Part shown: piece after piece, positions 61,528 through 64,000 of the stretch
Position numbering within the stretch: the first letter of the stretch is position 1
How the letters are laid out: the number at the start of each line of letters is the position of its first letter
Assembly: GCA_965209155.1 (NCBI GenBank)
Contig: OZ242383.1
Coordinates: 3,712,001-3,776,000 of the forward strand
Direction of reading: 5' to 3'
Origin: a bacterium
GTDB taxonomy: Bacteria; SAR324; NAC60-12
Length of the DNA stretch: 64,000 nucleotides
The notes under the pieces: generated by a model
The model's database searches: none
The model's input: only the letters and a program-made list of their open reading frames with translations
What the model was told of the DNA's origin: nothing
Program-made: the position numbers and the translations under genes

Positions 61528-61776
61528 AACAGTGGAAAAAAGCGCAGAAATTCATTTCGCGCCGCTTGCCATCAATCCTCATTCCCCGGTGGGGCCCTCC
61601 AAGATCCCGCGCTCCTCTCCAAAGCCGGAGAGCGTATAAGCTTCTATCCTGAAACAGTCAGAAAAAGGGAATCAAAAAAAAGGATGGGAACGCCTGCCGG
61701 AAGAATTCAAAATCCTCAATAAAATCCGTACCTTGAATACAATCCAAAAAAAAATAAAAAAATTTATTAAAAATGC

Positions 61777-61804
61777 TTGACATATATAGCATCTATCGTA
61801 CCAT
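61777..61804 (+). promoter_or_regulatory. Putative sigma70 promoter
   Basis: TTGACA (61777-61782), 16-nt spacer, TACCAT (61799-61804), preceded by an A-rich UP-like tract. Confidence 0.55.
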
Positions 61805-61806
61805 GG

Positions 61807-61877
61807 GATTGCCTGCGGAAAAGAGGAAGTGAATCAGTTATTTTGAAAGCAATTCTTCTTTCCCGGGAATCGTTTTT
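61807..61877 (+). promoter_or_regulatory. Leader hairpin with U-tract upstream of the SBP, similar to 9370-9440
   Basis: gattgcctg-c-ggaaaagaggaag...ttgaaagcaa-ttcttctttcc-cgggaatc-gttttt. Confidence 0.5.
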
Positions 61878-62088
61878 GTCTCATTCGTGCGGTTGAGCGC
61901 ACGTTCTTTCATTGCTCTTTATTATAAAGGTAATCATAGATATTAAAAAATTCATTACCCCTGTCTTGGGGCTGAACCCAGTAGACGTTGTGTCTGCTGT
62001 ACAAAAACTTGTCCTCACAAAAGCGGGGATCCGATTCGCTCGATGGTATAGCGAATCTTCTTATTTCGTCTCAAATGTAGGAGGAATC

Positions 62089-63879
62089 ATGGAAAAAAGT
62101 AAAACCAGAAAAATGCAATCATTGTTACTAACCTTCACCTTGATGCTGGCCGCCCTCTGGGTCAGCCCTGCAGCCGTCGCGGCTGATAAAAAGATGGTGA
62201 CGGACCCCGCCACCGGAAAAATGGTGACCGCGCCAGAGTATGGCGGGACCTTGACCTATCCCTACCATTTAACAAGCGATACTACCGACGTCCGTGACGC
62301 CCACTATGCGGTCTGGCTCATCAGTGGCGTTAATGAGACACTCGCTTTGGGGGACTGGGCCCTGGATAGGAAAAAAGTTGCCTTTAAGAGTAATTACGTC
62401 CCTCTACCTGCCTTTACAGCGGGGCTGATGGAGAGCTGGTCGCAGCCCGACCCCGTGACCTATATCGTCAAAGTCCGCCAGGACGTTCGCTGGCATAATA
62501 AAGCACCGGTGAACGCTCGTGAGCTGACGGCCGACGATGTCGTTTATAACTATCAGCGTAATTTGGTTCTGGGCGACTTCACCGAACGTCCCGCCCGGAC
62601 TTGGGTCTTGTTCAACCTGCCATGGGAATCGATCGAGGCCCCCGACAAATATACGGTTGTTTTCAAGCTGAAGGAGCCTACCGTTGGTGCGATCAGGGAC
62701 ATCTTCGACGACATGCCGATGTATATCTTACCGCCCGAGGTAATCGAGCAATATGGCAACTACGCGGATTGGAGGAACATGGTCGGTACCGGGCCCATTA
62801 TGCTGACGGACCATGTCGAAGGCGTCTCCAAAACCTATACCAGGAATCCCGACTACTGGGGCTACGACCCAAAATATCCGCAGAACCGCTTGCCCTATAT
62901 TGACCAGCTTAGGGCCCTGTATATGCCAGAAGGAGCAACACGGATCTCGGCACTACGCACGGGTAAGGTTGATATAATACATCGAGCTGGCGGCACAGCT
63001 ATAGGATCCCTCGATGTGATAAGGAGCCTCAAGAGGACCAACCCCAAAATAGAAGTGTGGGGTTCTACGGGGGCGTCCGATAAGCAATTTGGTCTGAACC
63101 TGCACAAGCCACCCTTTGACGACATCCGGGTGCGTCACGCCATGCAAATGGCACTGGACCTTGAGACGATTAACGAGACCTACTTTGGGGGGTTCTCAAG
63201 GTGGAAACCCTCGGGGATCGTAGGGCCTGCCGTCGTGGGATACCACATCACATTTGAAGAGATTCCCACAGAGGTGAAGCAATACTACACGTACGACCCG
63301 GAAGGTGCTGAGAAGTTGCTCGAGGAGGCCGGCTATCCGCGCGGCACGGACGGGATTAGACTCAGGGCCACTCTTGACCAGCGCGACGTCAATGATCTAG
63401 GCTATACGGAAATAGCTATCGGATACTGGGCTGAGATTGGCGTTGAGGTAACGATCAATATCGTTGACACGGCAACTTTTGTCTCCAAAAGAAACGAGCA
63501 TACGTACGAGATGATCACAGGCCACCGGGGTTGGGATTTTAGCCCTGCAACGCCGGTGGGCTGGTATCGCCAGGGACCTGCCACCAAACATCTCAGCGAA
63601 TACGTGGGCGGAATCGAGACCCCTGAGATGACCGCCGCCTATGATGCCTTTAACGCCGCTACTACCATTGAGGAGCAGCAGAGGGCATTTAAATCGTATG
63701 ATATGGAAACCATAAAGCGGCACAATCAGATATGGGGTCCTGCCGCTCCAAGTTTTCAGGCTAACCAGCCGTGGGTAAAAGGTTTCAACGGTGAAATTAC
63801 CCTGCGCCAAGGGACCGAACAGGCCGTGCTCACCTATCTTTGGATTGACCAGGATCTGAAGAAAGAAATGGGGTTTTAG
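62089..63879 (+). CDS. ABC transporter substrate-binding protein, family 5; paralogue of 7524-9299
   Basis: AGGAGG RBS then MEKSKTRK; PEYGGTLT, KYPQNRLPY, PFDDIRVRHAMQMALD, DQDLKKEMGF. Confidence 0.95.
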   Translation: MEKSKTRKMQSLLLTFTLMLAALWVSPAAVAADKKMVTDPATGKMVTAPEYGGTLTYPYHLTSDTTDVRDAHYAVWLISGVNETLALGDWALDRKKVAFKSNYVPLPAFTAGLMESWSQPDPVTYIVKVRQDVRWHNKAPVNARELTADDVVYNYQRNLVLGDFTERPARTWVLFNLPWESIEAPDKYTVVFKLKEPTVGAIRDIFDDMPMYILPPEVIEQYGNYADWRNMVGTGPIMLTDHVEGVSKTYTRNPDYWGYDPKYPQNRLPYIDQLRALYMPEGATRISALRTGKVDIIHRAGGTAIGSLDVIRSLKRTNPKIEVWGSTGASDKQFGLNLHKPPFDDIRVRHAMQMALDLETINETYFGGFSRWKPSGIVGPAVVGYHITFEEIPTEVKQYYTYDPEGAEKLLEEAGYPRGTDGIRLRATLDQRDVNDLGYTEIAIGYWAEIGVEVTINIVDTATFVSKRNEHTYEMITGHRGWDFSPATPVGWYRQGPATKHLSEYVGGIETPEMTAAYDAFNAATTIEEQQRAFKSYDMETIKRHNQIWGPAAPSFQANQPWVKGFNGEITLRQGTEQAVLTYLWIDQDLKKEMGF

Positions 63880-63902
63880 CGGTTTCACCGATCCCCAAGA
63901 TA

Positions 63903-63936
63903 GGGGAGTTGGGCAGCACAGGTTTCCCGGCTCCCT
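63903..63936 (+). terminator. GC-rich hairpin after the SBP
   Basis: ggggagttggg / cccggctccct; no adjacent U-tract. Confidence 0.35.
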
Positions 63937-64000
63937 GACTCCTGCTTTGGAAAAAGAAAAACTAAAATTAATGAGGAGAATTGATGAGTTATCAAGAGGG

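Noticed and set aside
61912..62088. 59-aa N-terminal extension of the SBP in the ORF track (likewise extensions of folD, lysS, dppB and tnpA)
   Set aside because: RBS position, the paralogue and family N-termini support the downstream ATG starts.
63984..64000. Start of a further CDS after a GAGGAG RBS
   Set aside because: Only five full codons fall inside the window, so it cannot be identified.

Overview
Bacterial chromosomal window. Gene content and protein style suggest a deltaproteobacterial/SAR324-like organism; this is an inference and was not tested. The backbone is housekeeping: ahcY, ygfA, plsX-rpmF-yceD-fdxA, hflK, folD, pepA, deoD, argJ, xth, sppA, carA, lysS, glnS, rpoD-dnaG, tsaE-tsaB, tRNA-Gln(TTG) and tRNA-Ser(CGA). 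It is interrupted by visibly GC-richer uptake and catabolic genes (family-5 ABC transporters, an MFS pump, two Ntn acylases, a 5'-nucleotidase) and one IS200-type tnpA element. The most unusual structure is at 1321-1865. A four-helix-bundle (IVP/Avd-like) gene sits inside ~43-bp inverted arms built from 6-nt repeats, and these sit inside two directly repeated, covarying GC-AGA-GC hairpins resembling IS200/IS605 ends. Other notable items: an acyltransferase-cfa-geranylgeranyl-reductase operon resembling tmpBA (10-methyl fatty acid synthesis), a terminator-like leader hairpin shared by two distant SBP paralogues, two long rod-like intergenic RNA candidates (one 6S-like), and a probable ATA start codon. 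No CRISPR array, rRNA, integrase or reverse transcriptase was seen. All calls were made by eye; no database searches were run.
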